Of a stretch of DNA of 39,348 nt, positions 23,691 through 32,444 are shown in pieces. The notes below the pieces were generated by a model. It worked only from the letters and a program-made list of their open reading frames with translations, searched no databases and was not told the DNA's origin. How positions within the stretch are numbered: the stretch's first letter is position 1; each line of letters opens with the position of its first letter. Source of the DNA: a virus. Location of the stretch: the IMG/VR virus record IMGVR_UViG_3300034069_000986, positions 1 to 39,348 of that record; one strand, 5' to 3'. Both the position numbers and the translations under genes were made by a program.

Positions 23691-26051
23691 CTAACCTCCG
23701 AACATCTTGCCGAAGAACGATTGCCGCTGCTGGAGCACGCGCTCGTCGGGGTTGGCCTGAAGTTCACGAAACGATTTCTGAACGGTCTTGCCGTACTTGT
23801 CGTAGACCGGCATCAGCTTGCCGTCGCGATTCACCTGCATGAGCTGCACGCCGGTTTGGTCCTGATTCGAGATCCAGCGCGAGTTGCCCTGAAGCGCCTG
23901 GTAAAAGTCGTTCGGGCTGCTTGAGCTCTTCGGCACCGCGACGCCAAGGGCTTTGTACCCTTCCGGGGTGCCGTAGGCGTCCATGTAGGATTTGACGAGC
24001 GTCGTGTCCCAGCTCTGGAGGTTCCCTTTCGCATCCGGCATCTGCCGCGGCACGAGCACCTGCGCGCCCTGCGCACCGGACTCAATCGAATACTGGGCGC
24101 CGACCACATTCTGATAGGCGCGCTTCACCGCGCTCTGCGGATCCGCGCCGCGCAGGATCTCGCGCTGGGCGACCAGGCTCACGGCGTTCGAGAAGTTGTT
24201 GGCCGTCTCGAACCGCTGGCTGTCGTTGGAACTGGCCGCGATGGCGTTGTTGAAGCCCTGCATCTGCGTCGACACAAAGCCCTTGATCGACGCTTTGGTC
24301 AGATCGGCATTCGGCGAGCTGTTGATCTCCGCGCGGATCGTCTTCTCGTTCTTGAGCGCGTCGATCAACTGGCCGCGCGTCTCCGGCGGCGCGTAGGCCG
24401 CGGTCGCGAAGTGGCCGAGGTCTTTGTCGGTCTTCACGATGTCCTGCATGACCTGCGGGAAATACGGACCCCACTGCTGCTGGAGGCGGTTCATCACCGC
24501 GTTCGTCGAGTCCGAATCCGGCGCCGATTTGAGCATCGACCCCAGGCGGGTGGCGTCCTGCTTGGGGATCAGCCCTTGCGCACTTTGCCGGTACGCCTGG
24601 GTGGCGAGCATGTCTTGCGCGTACTTCTGACTCCAGGATGGGTCGCCGTCTTTGGTGCCGGCATAGGATTTGGCGAGCTGCACGTCGGTCGAAATTGCGG
24701 CGCCCGCGGGATCGGTCTGCCGGTCCTTCGCCATGTTGGTGATCGCCATGTCGAAGCGGGCTTTCTGCATCATCTGCGTCGACAGCACCGCGGGGTCCAT
24801 CGGCATGATCGCCATGCGCGCGTCGGTGCGCGCGGCCGTGTTGTTGGCGAGCTGGAAGCTCTTGTCGAGGCTTTCGCGCACGGTCGACCACTGCGACGAC
24901 GGGACGCTCCCTGCGAGCGCGATGGCCGCGTTGACGGAGCCCGCCGAGTTCACGCGGCTGAGCGTGCGCATCTTCGCCGCGAGCGTCATCTGCGGATTCG
25001 AGTTGATCGCGGCAACGAGGGTCTGGCGCATCTTGTCCGAGTTCGGCGGAAGCTGCCCGGCCATCGAAAGCCGCTCGTAGCCTTCGACCTGGGCGTTGAT
25101 GTCGGATAGCCGAATCTCGCTCTGCTCGCGCGTCTTCGCCTGGAGGTGGTCGATCCAGCGCGCCTTGTCCTGCGGGTCCATTTCCTTCAAGACTTGCGAG
25201 ATCTCGGGGCTGAGCTGCACCTTTTGGCCTTTGGTGAGCACCGGCAGGTCGTAGGTCTTCCCTTCGTCGGTGAGCGCCTGCGCCTCGGCTTTCGTCACGA
25301 AGCCAAGCCCAAGCGCCTGATCGGGCGTCATCTTCTGGAAGTTGTTCGGGTCCTCTTGATTCGCGCGCAGCACGTTCAGGGCTTTGCCGAACTGCTGCTT
25401 TTCGCTCAAACCCTCGATGAACTGCTGGCCCGCGGTTTTGTAGAACGCCGCTTTGATCTTCGCCACGTTCTCGGGCTTCATCGTGCCGGACATCGCGTCC
25501 ATCTGCGCGTTGAACGTTTTCGTCTCCGCGCCGAGCATCATCTCGTTCGGGGTCTCGCGAATCCGGTCGCCGGCCGAGTTCATGACCGTCTCCATGCGGT
25601 CGTAGTTGTTCTTCTCGAGCATCTGGTTCTTGGTGATGAAGAGGTTCGTGTTGGCGTCGGAATTGAGCCGCTTCCCGAAGCTCGACATGCCTTCCGCCAC
25701 CACCGGGTTGTCGGCGTAACGGCCCATGATTGAGTCGTGCGCGGGCGTGAAGGCTTCGTTGAACTTGTCCTGGAGGTCGGAACCGTCGGGCTTGGCCGAG
25801 CGCACCGCCTGGTCGGTGGCGACCTTGTAGGCGTTTTGCAGGTCGTTCTCGCCTTCCATCTGGCTGACGTGATCCGCCTGCTTCTGGATGTTCTGCTCTT
25901 CCTTGTAGACGCTGTCGCCCAGGCCCTCGAGTCCGGCACCAAGCTGCGCGATCCCGCGCCCCGCGGTGCCCGCGTAGTCGCTGGCGCCCACCGGCACGGG
26001 GCTCGATACGGTTCGTTTGTCCTCTTCACGCGACGTTGGAATGATCGGCAT
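23691..26051 (-). CDS. Internal virion / core protein (786 aa)
   Basis: AGGAG RBS. Position equals T7 gp15. Confidence 0.6.
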   Translation of the reverse strand: MPIIPTSREEDKRTVSSPVPVGASDYAGTAGRGIAQLGAGLEGLGDSVYKEEQNIQKQADHVSQMEGENDLQNAYKVATDQAVRSAKPDGSDLQDKFNEAFTPAHDSIMGRYADNPVVAEGMSSFGKRLNSDANTNLFITKNQMLEKNNYDRMETVMNSAGDRIRETPNEMMLGAETKTFNAQMDAMSGTMKPENVAKIKAAFYKTAGQQFIEGLSEKQQFGKALNVLRANQEDPNNFQKMTPDQALGLGFVTKAEAQALTDEGKTYDLPVLTKGQKVQLSPEISQVLKEMDPQDKARWIDHLQAKTREQSEIRLSDINAQVEGYERLSMAGQLPPNSDKMRQTLVAAINSNPQMTLAAKMRTLSRVNSAGSVNAAIALAGSVPSSQWSTVRESLDKSFQLANNTAARTDARMAIMPMDPAVLSTQMMQKARFDMAITNMAKDRQTDPAGAAISTDVQLAKSYAGTKDGDPSWSQKYAQDMLATQAYRQSAQGLIPKQDATRLGSMLKSAPDSDSTNAVMNRLQQQWGPYFPQVMQDIVKTDKDLGHFATAAYAPPETRGQLIDALKNEKTIRAEINSSPNADLTKASIKGFVSTQMQGFNNAIAASSNDSQRFETANNFSNAVSLVAQREILRGADPQSAVKRAYQNVVGAQYSIESGAQGAQVLVPRQMPDAKGNLQSWDTTLVKSYMDAYGTPEGYKALGVAVPKSSSSPNDFYQALQGNSRWISNQDQTGVQLMQVNRDGKLMPVYDKYGKTVQKSFRELQANPDERVLQQRQSFFGKMFGG

Positions 26052-26059
26052 GGCTGCTC

Positions 26060-26491
26060 CTACCCGAAGAGGCGGCTACCGCCGCCGATGATGTCGCCGA
26101 CCGCGGCCCACTGACCCGACTGCCTCATCGCGTCCGCCGAAGCCTGGCTGTGATCCGCGCGCAGGTTCGCGAGGCGCACGTTCATGTCCGATTCCGCTTT
26201 GATGCTGTAGGCTTCGCGCTGCCGCATGAGCGCCTGGTTGCCGATGAAATTGGCCGCGGACGACATGTCGACGCCAGCCTTGGCGAAGGCCGAGCCCTGC
26301 TGGCCGACGAGAACTTGCGTCTCGGCGTCGAACACCTCGAGCTGCCGCTGCCCGCTGATCTCGGCGTAGCCCGCCTGCTCGCGGTAAAAGCTCGCGTTTT
26401 GCTCCTCGGCCTTCGCCTGCGCGTTCGCCGATTGGATGTCGCCGTAAGCCTTGATGATCGTGCCGGCTCCGAGCAGTGCTGCTCCAACCAT
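26060..26491 (-). CDS. Small internal virion protein with N-terminal hydrophobic helix (143 aa)
   Basis: GGGGGAG lies 8 nt before ATG 26491 (the ORF-track start 26548 overlaps the upstream gene). Position equals T7 gp14. Confidence 0.5.
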   Translation of the reverse strand: MVGAALLGAGTIIKAYGDIQSANAQAKAEEQNASFYREQAGYAEISGQRQLEVFDAETQVLVGQQGSAFAKAGVDMSSAANFIGNQALMRQREAYSIKAESDMNVRLANLRADHSQASADAMRQSGQWAAVGDIIGGGSRLFG

Positions 26492-26493
26492 GA

Positions 26494-28956
26494 CTACGCT
26501 CCCCCTTCGTAAACCGCGCCGCGCGCGATGATGTGCGAAACCACGCACGGGAATGGCAAGTAGCTGCGCACGAGCACCTGGGGCCGCGTCTCGTAGCTCT
26601 GCGGGAAATTGAGTCGCTTCTCGCCGGTGAACAGCGGGATCGGGCCACCGCTATTCGCGCCCGCGGGGAACGGAATGACCTCGGGCCCGTCGATGGGCGT
26701 GTTGGCCTCGGCGCTCGAGGTGAGGCGGCCGAACTTTGCACCGAGCGCGCGGTAGAAATGAATCGCGAGCTGGTCGATCCGGCGGATCTGACCCTGGCTC
26801 GAGCCGGTCGCCGCGGGCACGGACGGCGTCACCGGCACCAGGTCCGCGTCGTAGTTGTATCCGATCAACGCCTGCCAGATCTGAGATCCCGCGATCTGCG
26901 CGGGCTTGAGAAACGCCGAGATGTCGACCGCGCCGCCGGTCACCGTGAAGTACCCGAGCCACGAGCCGCCCATGACCACGCCAACCGACTCACCCTCGGA
27001 AAAGGGCAGCGTCGACATCACGCCCGAAGGCCCCTCGGAGCTGTCGTAGATGCGGGTGCAGTCCATGTAGATGGGCGCGATCTTCGGCTCGGCTGCGGTC
27101 ACCCAGTCGCCGTCGATGGTGGCGCGGTCCCAGTCCTGGGCCAGGCACTCGAGGTACGTCACGCGGGTCCAAGCGCCCGCGCGGAGCTGCCCGCGCTGCA
27201 CGGTGACCCAGATCTCGTCCGGCTCGCCGCCGGTCCCGTCCGTTCCGAGCGCCGTGCGCTGGAGCGCGCAGATGCTCTGGGCGAACGGTTTATAGGGCTG
27301 CGTGGATCCCACGGGGCCGATGAACGTGGCACCCGAGAGCTCGTGGTACGCCCAGGCCACCACTTCCTGATCCCGCTCGCGCGTCATCGAAAGGAGCGAG
27401 CCGTTGTTGTCGATGGCCCAGACGATCCCGACCGGGACCTCCTGGCGCGCGAGCGCAACGATGGCCGAAGTGGTCCGGCGGAAGTTGTCGCCGATCCGCG
27501 CGATGGTCGAATTCATCGTGATGTGCGACGACAGGATCGAGAGGTTGGTCGCCTTGTAGCTGTCCTCGTTGAAGTTGTAGACCATCTCGCGCATGGTCTT
27601 CCGGTCCCGCTGGAGGAACAGCGTCGTATTCGACATCGGAATCGCCTGCACCAGGGCGGACCCGTGCGGAGTCTCCTGGCTGGTCGCGAGGTTCGTCGGC
27701 CCGATGGACGAATTCTGATCGGGACCGCTCACGATGAATTCGCCGTAGTTGGTGCCGACCGTGATGTTCTTTTTCGGCAGCATCCAGCGGATGTCGTTGA
27801 GCAGGTTCGAGCGCAGCGTGATGTCGAAGGCGTCGGTGGCAACGATGGTCGCGCCGAAGTCGGGATCCTGCTGGAGCTTTTTCTGCGTCATCTCGTAGAT
27901 GTCGCCGATCTGGCTGAACCAAATCGAATCCGGGTTGTAGTTCGTGCCGCCGAAGAGAAGCCGCTGCTCGAAGAACGCAACCGCGCTCGGCCAGCCGTGA
28001 CTGTCGTCCCACGCGCTGATTTCCCAGCTCGAGCCGATGACGCCAGTGTTGCCGGTGGGGCCGCCGAATTGCTTTTGCGTGGACAGGTCGTTGTTCGAGT
28101 CCTCTATGCCGGTCACGTACCGCGCGGTCGCCGTGACGGAGTCGGTCACCCCGGTGATGTAGACGATGAGCGTGATGGCCGACCAGTTGAGCTTCACGTA
28201 GCGGCCGACCCAGGTGGCGTCGAACGTCTGCGTGCTGCCGGCGAAAGACAAAGTGTAGAAGTTGCCGGCGGGCTGCTGCGTGCCGCCGACCGTCGCGCGA
28301 ATCGCCTTGATGAATCCAGCGGTCGTGATGATGGGCAGGTACGGCGTGAGCTTGTACGACAAGGGATCGAACGAGATCGAGCCGTTCTGGTAGCCCTGGG
28401 GCTTCAGGTACGGGTCGGTGTAGCCACGCCAGATGAACCGCGCGCCGGCGGCTTTCGTGTAGTCGTACTGGATGACCGCGGGCTTCATGCGGCGGTGGGT
28501 GAGCACGATCACGTCGCCGCTTTGAGCGAACTGGATCTCGTTCAGCGGAATGTTCTTCGCGTCGAAATTGTAGGCCGCGTAAAGCGTCGGCGTGCCGGTC
28601 AGATCGGTCTGCCCGACGATGACGTTCTCGCTCACCTTCGTGACCGCGTTGAGCATCTGCGGCGGGTTGTTGGCGATGCCCGAGCCGTCGAGAATCAAGA
28701 GCCAGCGTGTGCCATCCGTGCCGTAAAACGGAATCACGCGCGTCTGAGTCGGCGGCAGCTTCGCCGCGCCGTTGACCGTGATTTCGCGCACGAAGCGCGT
28801 GCCCGGGCGCCGGCCCGCGCCGCCTTCGGGGTAGACGATGAAATTCTTCAACCGCTCGCAAGATTGGTTGTACTGCTGGCTTTCGGTGCGCCCGAAGAAC
28901 TTCGGAGTCACCTCACCCGCGGAAAACGAGTTGTGGATGAAATTGAACCTAGCCAC
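26494..28956 (-). CDS. Tail tubular protein B / nozzle (820 aa)
   Basis: Size and position match gp12-type proteins. The N-terminus FIHNSFSAGEVTPKFFGRTESQQYNQSCERLKNFIVYPEGGAGRRPGTRFV is typical of podovirus nozzle / 'stabilisation' proteins. GTG start with AGGAG RBS. Confidence 0.75.
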   Translation of the reverse strand: MARFNFIHNSFSAGEVTPKFFGRTESQQYNQSCERLKNFIVYPEGGAGRRPGTRFVREITVNGAAKLPPTQTRVIPFYGTDGTRWLLILDGSGIANNPPQMLNAVTKVSENVIVGQTDLTGTPTLYAAYNFDAKNIPLNEIQFAQSGDVIVLTHRRMKPAVIQYDYTKAAGARFIWRGYTDPYLKPQGYQNGSISFDPLSYKLTPYLPIITTAGFIKAIRATVGGTQQPAGNFYTLSFAGSTQTFDATWVGRYVKLNWSAITLIVYITGVTDSVTATARYVTGIEDSNNDLSTQKQFGGPTGNTGVIGSSWEISAWDDSHGWPSAVAFFEQRLLFGGTNYNPDSIWFSQIGDIYEMTQKKLQQDPDFGATIVATDAFDITLRSNLLNDIRWMLPKKNITVGTNYGEFIVSGPDQNSSIGPTNLATSQETPHGSALVQAIPMSNTTLFLQRDRKTMREMVYNFNEDSYKATNLSILSSHITMNSTIARIGDNFRRTTSAIVALARQEVPVGIVWAIDNNGSLLSMTRERDQEVVAWAYHELSGATFIGPVGSTQPYKPFAQSICALQRTALGTDGTGGEPDEIWVTVQRGQLRAGAWTRVTYLECLAQDWDRATIDGDWVTAAEPKIAPIYMDCTRIYDSSEGPSGVMSTLPFSEGESVGVVMGGSWLGYFTVTGGAVDISAFLKPAQIAGSQIWQALIGYNYDADLVPVTPSVPAATGSSQGQIRRIDQLAIHFYRALGAKFGRLTSSAEANTPIDGPEVIPFPAGANSGGPIPLFTGEKRLNFPQSYETRPQVLVRSYLPFPCVVSHIIARGAVYEGGA

Positions 28957-28964
28957 CTAAACTC

Positions 28965-29543
28965 CTACCGAAAGCGCGAGTTGAAGACCTGGTCGGCGAC
29001 CACGCGCGGGGGGCTGCCCTGCTGCGCATTGAAGCTCCGCGCCTCTGCGAGTGCGCGCTGGTAGCTTTTCTCGGCCGATTCCTTCTGCTGCGTGCTTTGC
29101 GTGAGTGCGTAGGCGATATCTGCGGCGAGACCCCAGGCGAGGACTTCGCAGAAGTTGTCGTCGAACTGCGCGACGTCGGTCACGCGCTTGACGTACTGGA
29201 TGCGCACGGGGTTTTGGTTCGCCACGAGCTGTCGCCCGTTTTCGACGTTCCAGACGTCGAGATCTTGAAGATCGGTCTTGAGAACCCGCATGCAGTCGGA
29301 GGGAAGCGTGAACGCGAAGGAATAATCCCAGACGTTGTCCGGGGTGGGCACCAGTGCGGTCAGAAGTGCTCGCGCGGTAGCAAACTTCCAGGGGTGGCCC
29401 CTGAGCAAATGATCGCGCACGAGCGGGTACTGATTTTTGACCAGTCGTGCGCGATTCGAGTCGTCGTCCGGCGTGACGATCCGTTCAGCGCCGATTTTCA
29501 CCAGCGCGGAGTTCATGATCGCGGTTTCGGACGACGCCCCCAT
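28965..29543 (-). CDS. Tail tubular protein A / head-tail adaptor (192 aa)
   Basis: Size and position match gp11-type proteins. N-terminal pattern IMNSALVKIGAERIVTPDDDSNRARL...HPWKFA. Confidence 0.65.
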   Translation of the reverse strand: MGASSETAIMNSALVKIGAERIVTPDDDSNRARLVKNQYPLVRDHLLRGHPWKFATARALLTALVPTPDNVWDYSFAFTLPSDCMRVLKTDLQDLDVWNVENGRQLVANQNPVRIQYVKRVTDVAQFDDNFCEVLAWGLAADIAYALTQSTQQKESAEKSYQRALAEARSFNAQQGSPPRVVADQVFNSRFR

Positions 29544-29549
29544 GCTGGA

Positions 29550-30002
29550 TTAGTCCAGCAAGAAGTTGACGCGGGTGAAGATCTGCTTGCCGGCGCCGCC
29601 CGAGCTCGCGCCCGAGAAGACCAGCACGACGTCGGTCGGCGCCAGGAAGCGGATGACCTGGATGTGGTCGCCGCGGCTGTCCTTGTCCGAAACGTCGTAG
29701 GCCGCGGTCAGCGCGATCGCCTTGATGAAGGCGTCGGCCTTGGCCGGGGTGGTTCCGTCGCCCAAGTGACCGAGCGTCGCGGTGCCGCCACCGAGCGCCG
29801 CGCCAAACACCCGCGCGCCAACGACTTTCGCGTTGACGGGGAGTTGGCACACGCGAGCGACGTCGCCCGAAGCGAAGTCCGCGGACAGCGTGACGGTGTC
29901 GATGGACACCTTCTCGCGGCCGTTGTACTCGCCCATGTGGACCATGCGTTGGGGCTTGTCGATGATGCAAGCGTAGTAGTTAGAACCGTAGATCGTTGCC
30001 AT
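29550..30002 (-). CDS. Putative capsid decoration / cement protein (150 aa)
   Basis: Lies immediately downstream of the major capsid gene, after a partial terminator hairpin. Beta-rich sequence. The call is positional only. Confidence 0.45.
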   Translation of the reverse strand: MATIYGSNYYACIIDKPQRMVHMGEYNGREKVSIDTVTLSADFASGDVARVCQLPVNAKVVGARVFGAALGGGTATLGHLGDGTTPAKADAFIKAIALTAAYDVSDKDSRGDHIQVIRFLAPTDVVLVFSGASSGGAGKQIFTRVNFLLD

Positions 30003-30042
30003 TTATAAACCTCGTTAATTTAATCGACCCTGGAAACCAAGA

Positions 30043-30060
30043 GGCCCGGTCGCCCGGGCC
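30043..30060 (-). terminator. GC hairpin (GGCCCGG-GCGA-CCGGGCC) after the capsid gene; weak terminator or attenuator
   Basis: 7-bp perfect stem with a GNRA loop, followed on the minus strand by UCUUGGUUU, an imperfect U tract. Confidence 0.4.
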
Positions 30061-30067
30061 CCGACCC

Positions 30068-30997
30068 TTAGTTCTCTTTGCAGAAAACCATCACGACTTT
30101 TTGCTCTTCCATCCGGACCGCGCCGACGCTCATCATCGCGTACGCCTGGGTGTTGAACCCTTTGTCCGGGCGCTTCGCGATCTCCGACTTCATTTCCTTG
30201 CCGATGCCGAGGATCAAACCGTCTTGCGCCCAGGCGATGGCCTTGCGGAAGCCGGTGACCGCCGAGCCCGAACCGAACGCACCGGTGGTGACGTTGGCGA
30301 GAGCACCCGACTGATCCGAACCCAGACGCTCGATCTGGTGGAACTGGAAGCCCATGAACGTGTTCACCTGGCCCTGCACCAGCGCCTTCACGCTGTTGTA
30401 GTCGAAGCTCGTGACCTGCGTCTCGCCGAGGAGCGAGTAGAGCTGGCTCGAGGTGACCGCGATGTGGCGGGTGATCGACGGGTCGATCTGGGCAGCGTCG
30501 AACTTGAGCTTCAGCGCGCGGAGCGTGCGCACGTTGAGGTTCGAGAAGTTCGTGCCGTCGGATGCGGCCAAACGCTGGGTATCGGGGAGGGAGACCGTGG
30601 TCGCGGCGGTTTCGCCGGTCTTCACGTCGGCATCGGCGGCCGCGATCAACTCGTCGTCCATCGAGCGGCCGAGCGCCCACATGGCGGCCATCAGGTAGTC
30701 CGAGGTCGGGTCGATCAGCATGCGGATCTTGTCGAGGTCGTCGATCATGTCCGCCCACTCGTAGTCCGAGAGGTACACCCAGCGCCGGCTGTGCGGGGTG
30801 TCCATTTGCGGCGTGTCGCCGTGGCGGGTGGTGCGCTTCTGCGCGGTCACGGGTCCGATGCGGTCGAAGCTGCGGGCCTTACCCACGATGCTTTCGGTGC
30901 GGACGTAATTGCGGAGGAGCGAGCCCTTTTGCTGAGCGAGGGTGTACAGCGTGGAGCTGTACTGCTGAACGAATGCTTCGGTGACTTGAAAAGACAT
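30068..30997 (-). CDS. Major capsid protein (309 aa)
   Basis: GGGAG RBS. Position after the scaffold gene. Pattern QQKGSLLRNYVRTESIVGKARSFDRIG...HGDTPQMDTPHSRRWV...IDDLDKIRMLIDPTSDY is typical of podovirus HK97-fold coat proteins. Confidence 0.85.
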   Translation of the reverse strand: MSFQVTEAFVQQYSSTLYTLAQQKGSLLRNYVRTESIVGKARSFDRIGPVTAQKRTTRHGDTPQMDTPHSRRWVYLSDYEWADMIDDLDKIRMLIDPTSDYLMAAMWALGRSMDDELIAAADADVKTGETAATTVSLPDTQRLAASDGTNFSNLNVRTLRALKLKFDAAQIDPSITRHIAVTSSQLYSLLGETQVTSFDYNSVKALVQGQVNTFMGFQFHQIERLGSDQSGALANVTTGAFGSGSAVTGFRKAIAWAQDGLILGIGKEMKSEIAKRPDKGFNTQAYAMMSVGAVRMEEQKVVMVFCKEN

Positions 30998-31180
30998 GAT
31001 GTCTCCCGTTCGAGGTTTTTGGAAATTCGATCTGAGCCTTGAGCCTAGAGAATTGCCCCGAAACCGGGATTCGCCACCGCGCGTCCGTCGCGAGGATCCG
31101 TTGCCGGATTGCCCTCAGAAGCGCGGTGGGTTGTCAGCTACTCCGACCAGTGTGGCCGAATATTTCTTACAAAATCAAGA

Positions 31181-32164
31181 TCATTTCGGTTTATCGGGGT
31201 AGGCCGCGGCGAACAGGCGCTCCATCTCCTGCTTGGCCGCGTAATGCCCGGGGTCGGCCGAGTTGAAGTACGCATGCTTCACGTTGGACGTGATTTCCGA
31301 GATCTTGGCCTGGGCGTCGGCGGGCGAGGTGAACGACTTGCCCTGGCCCCCCTGGCCCTTGATCTGGTCCTCGCTGAGAAGTGCTCCGGCCTTCGACGCC
31401 AGGCGAATGAAATTCGGGTCGTGGCCGAAGCCGTTCTGCTGCATGGCCTTCAGGTCTTCGGGCGTGGCGAATTCCTTCAGGAACGCCCGCGCTCTGGAGA
31501 TGTTCTCGTTGTAGGCCGAACCCCACTCGGTCTTGAGGCTGTTCATCTGCTCCGCCTGGCGCGCGGCCATCGCCTCGGACTGCGACTTCACGTAGCCCTT
31601 GTTCGACTCCGCGATGGCGTTCATGATTTCTTTCGCCTGGTGCGGGAGCACGCCCGCCGCGTGGAGCTTGCCCGTGAAGTCTTTCACGAAGTCCGGGTTG
31701 AGCTGCGCGTCCTTGTCGACTTCGACCTTGTACTCTTCAGCCTTCGGGCGCCCGAGCTTGTCGTAGATCTCCTGCCACTGCTCCGGCGTCGTCGACTTCC
31801 CCGGCACCACGATCTTGTCCGCGCCGACGAGCTTTTGGACGTTGGCGTAATTGCGCGCCATCGTCTGCACGTCTTTGACGTTCGCCATGTAGGCCGCGTT
31901 TTTTATATCGTCAGGTAGCGCGTCCTTCCAGTTATCGGGGAATGTAATGTTAGCCGGAGCCGGTGCGGCACCTTGAGCACCAGCCGCAGGTGGCGCGGCC
32001 CCGCCGGATCCTCCAGCGCCTTGAGCACCTTGGCCCCCGCCGTCTCCTTGACCACCATCCCCAGCGCCAAAAAGTGCATCACCAGCGCCCGCGCCGCCGG
32101 CTCCCCCATCTCCGCCCGCCTCCGGTGCCCGCAGTTCAAAGAATCTCCTAAAGTTGTTTAGCAT
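31181..32164 (-). CDS. Scaffolding protein (327 aa)
   Basis: Lies between the portal and capsid genes. Gly-rich disordered N-terminus and a helical charged remainder. Confidence 0.65.
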   Translation of the reverse strand: MLNNFRRFFELRAPEAGGDGGAGGAGAGDALFGAGDGGQGDGGGQGAQGAGGSGGAAPPAAGAQGAAPAPANITFPDNWKDALPDDIKNAAYMANVKDVQTMARNYANVQKLVGADKIVVPGKSTTPEQWQEIYDKLGRPKAEEYKVEVDKDAQLNPDFVKDFTGKLHAAGVLPHQAKEIMNAIAESNKGYVKSQSEAMAARQAEQMNSLKTEWGSAYNENISRARAFLKEFATPEDLKAMQQNGFGHDPNFIRLASKAGALLSEDQIKGQGGQGKSFTSPADAQAKISEITSNVKHAYFNSADPGHYAAKQEMERLFAAAYPDKPK

Positions 32165-32435
32165 GGTCGTCCGCCTCTCTGATTAGTTTTGCAAGTTGCT
32201 CTGGATCCGCTTTCAAGCTCTGCATGATTCGAAGAATTACGTTTCGCTCGCCTTCGCGGCGGGCCATCTCGAGGGCATCGCTCGAAAAGCAACTGCTCAG
32301 CACGTAGTGGCGGTTCATCATGTCGAGGAGCACGCGGTTGCCGTGCTCGGACGTGAAGGTCTGGTGGTAATCCTGCGTGCGGACGATGCGCTTTCGCTGC
32401 ATCGCCGCTTCCATCTTCTGTTCTTCGTTGGTCAT
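32148..32435 (-). CDS. Bbp19-like small head-module protein (95 aa)
   Basis: Pattern FTSEHGNRVLLDMM...CFSSDALEMARREGERNVILRIMQSL fits the Bbp19 family (F-S-x-G-x-x-VL ... EG-x-R-x-V-x-L-x-I). Lies between portal and scaffold, as in BPP-1-like phages. Confidence 0.6.
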   Translation of the reverse strand: MTNEEQKMEAAMQRKRIVRTQDYHQTFTSEHGNRVLLDMMNRHYVLSSCFSSDALEMARREGERNVILRIMQSLKADPEQLAKLIREADDHAKQL

Positions 32436-32444
32436 GCCACTTCT

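Noticed and set aside
26533-29064. An 843-aa plus-strand ORF antisense to tail tubular B. The same applies to 14926-16890 (+, 654 aa), 2613-3959 (-, 448 aa), 29097-30008 (+) and 29996-31042 (+).
   Set aside because: These are the same shadow-ORF artefact. They are anti-aligned with strongly supported genes, have Arg/Gly-rich composition, and show no motifs or start signals.
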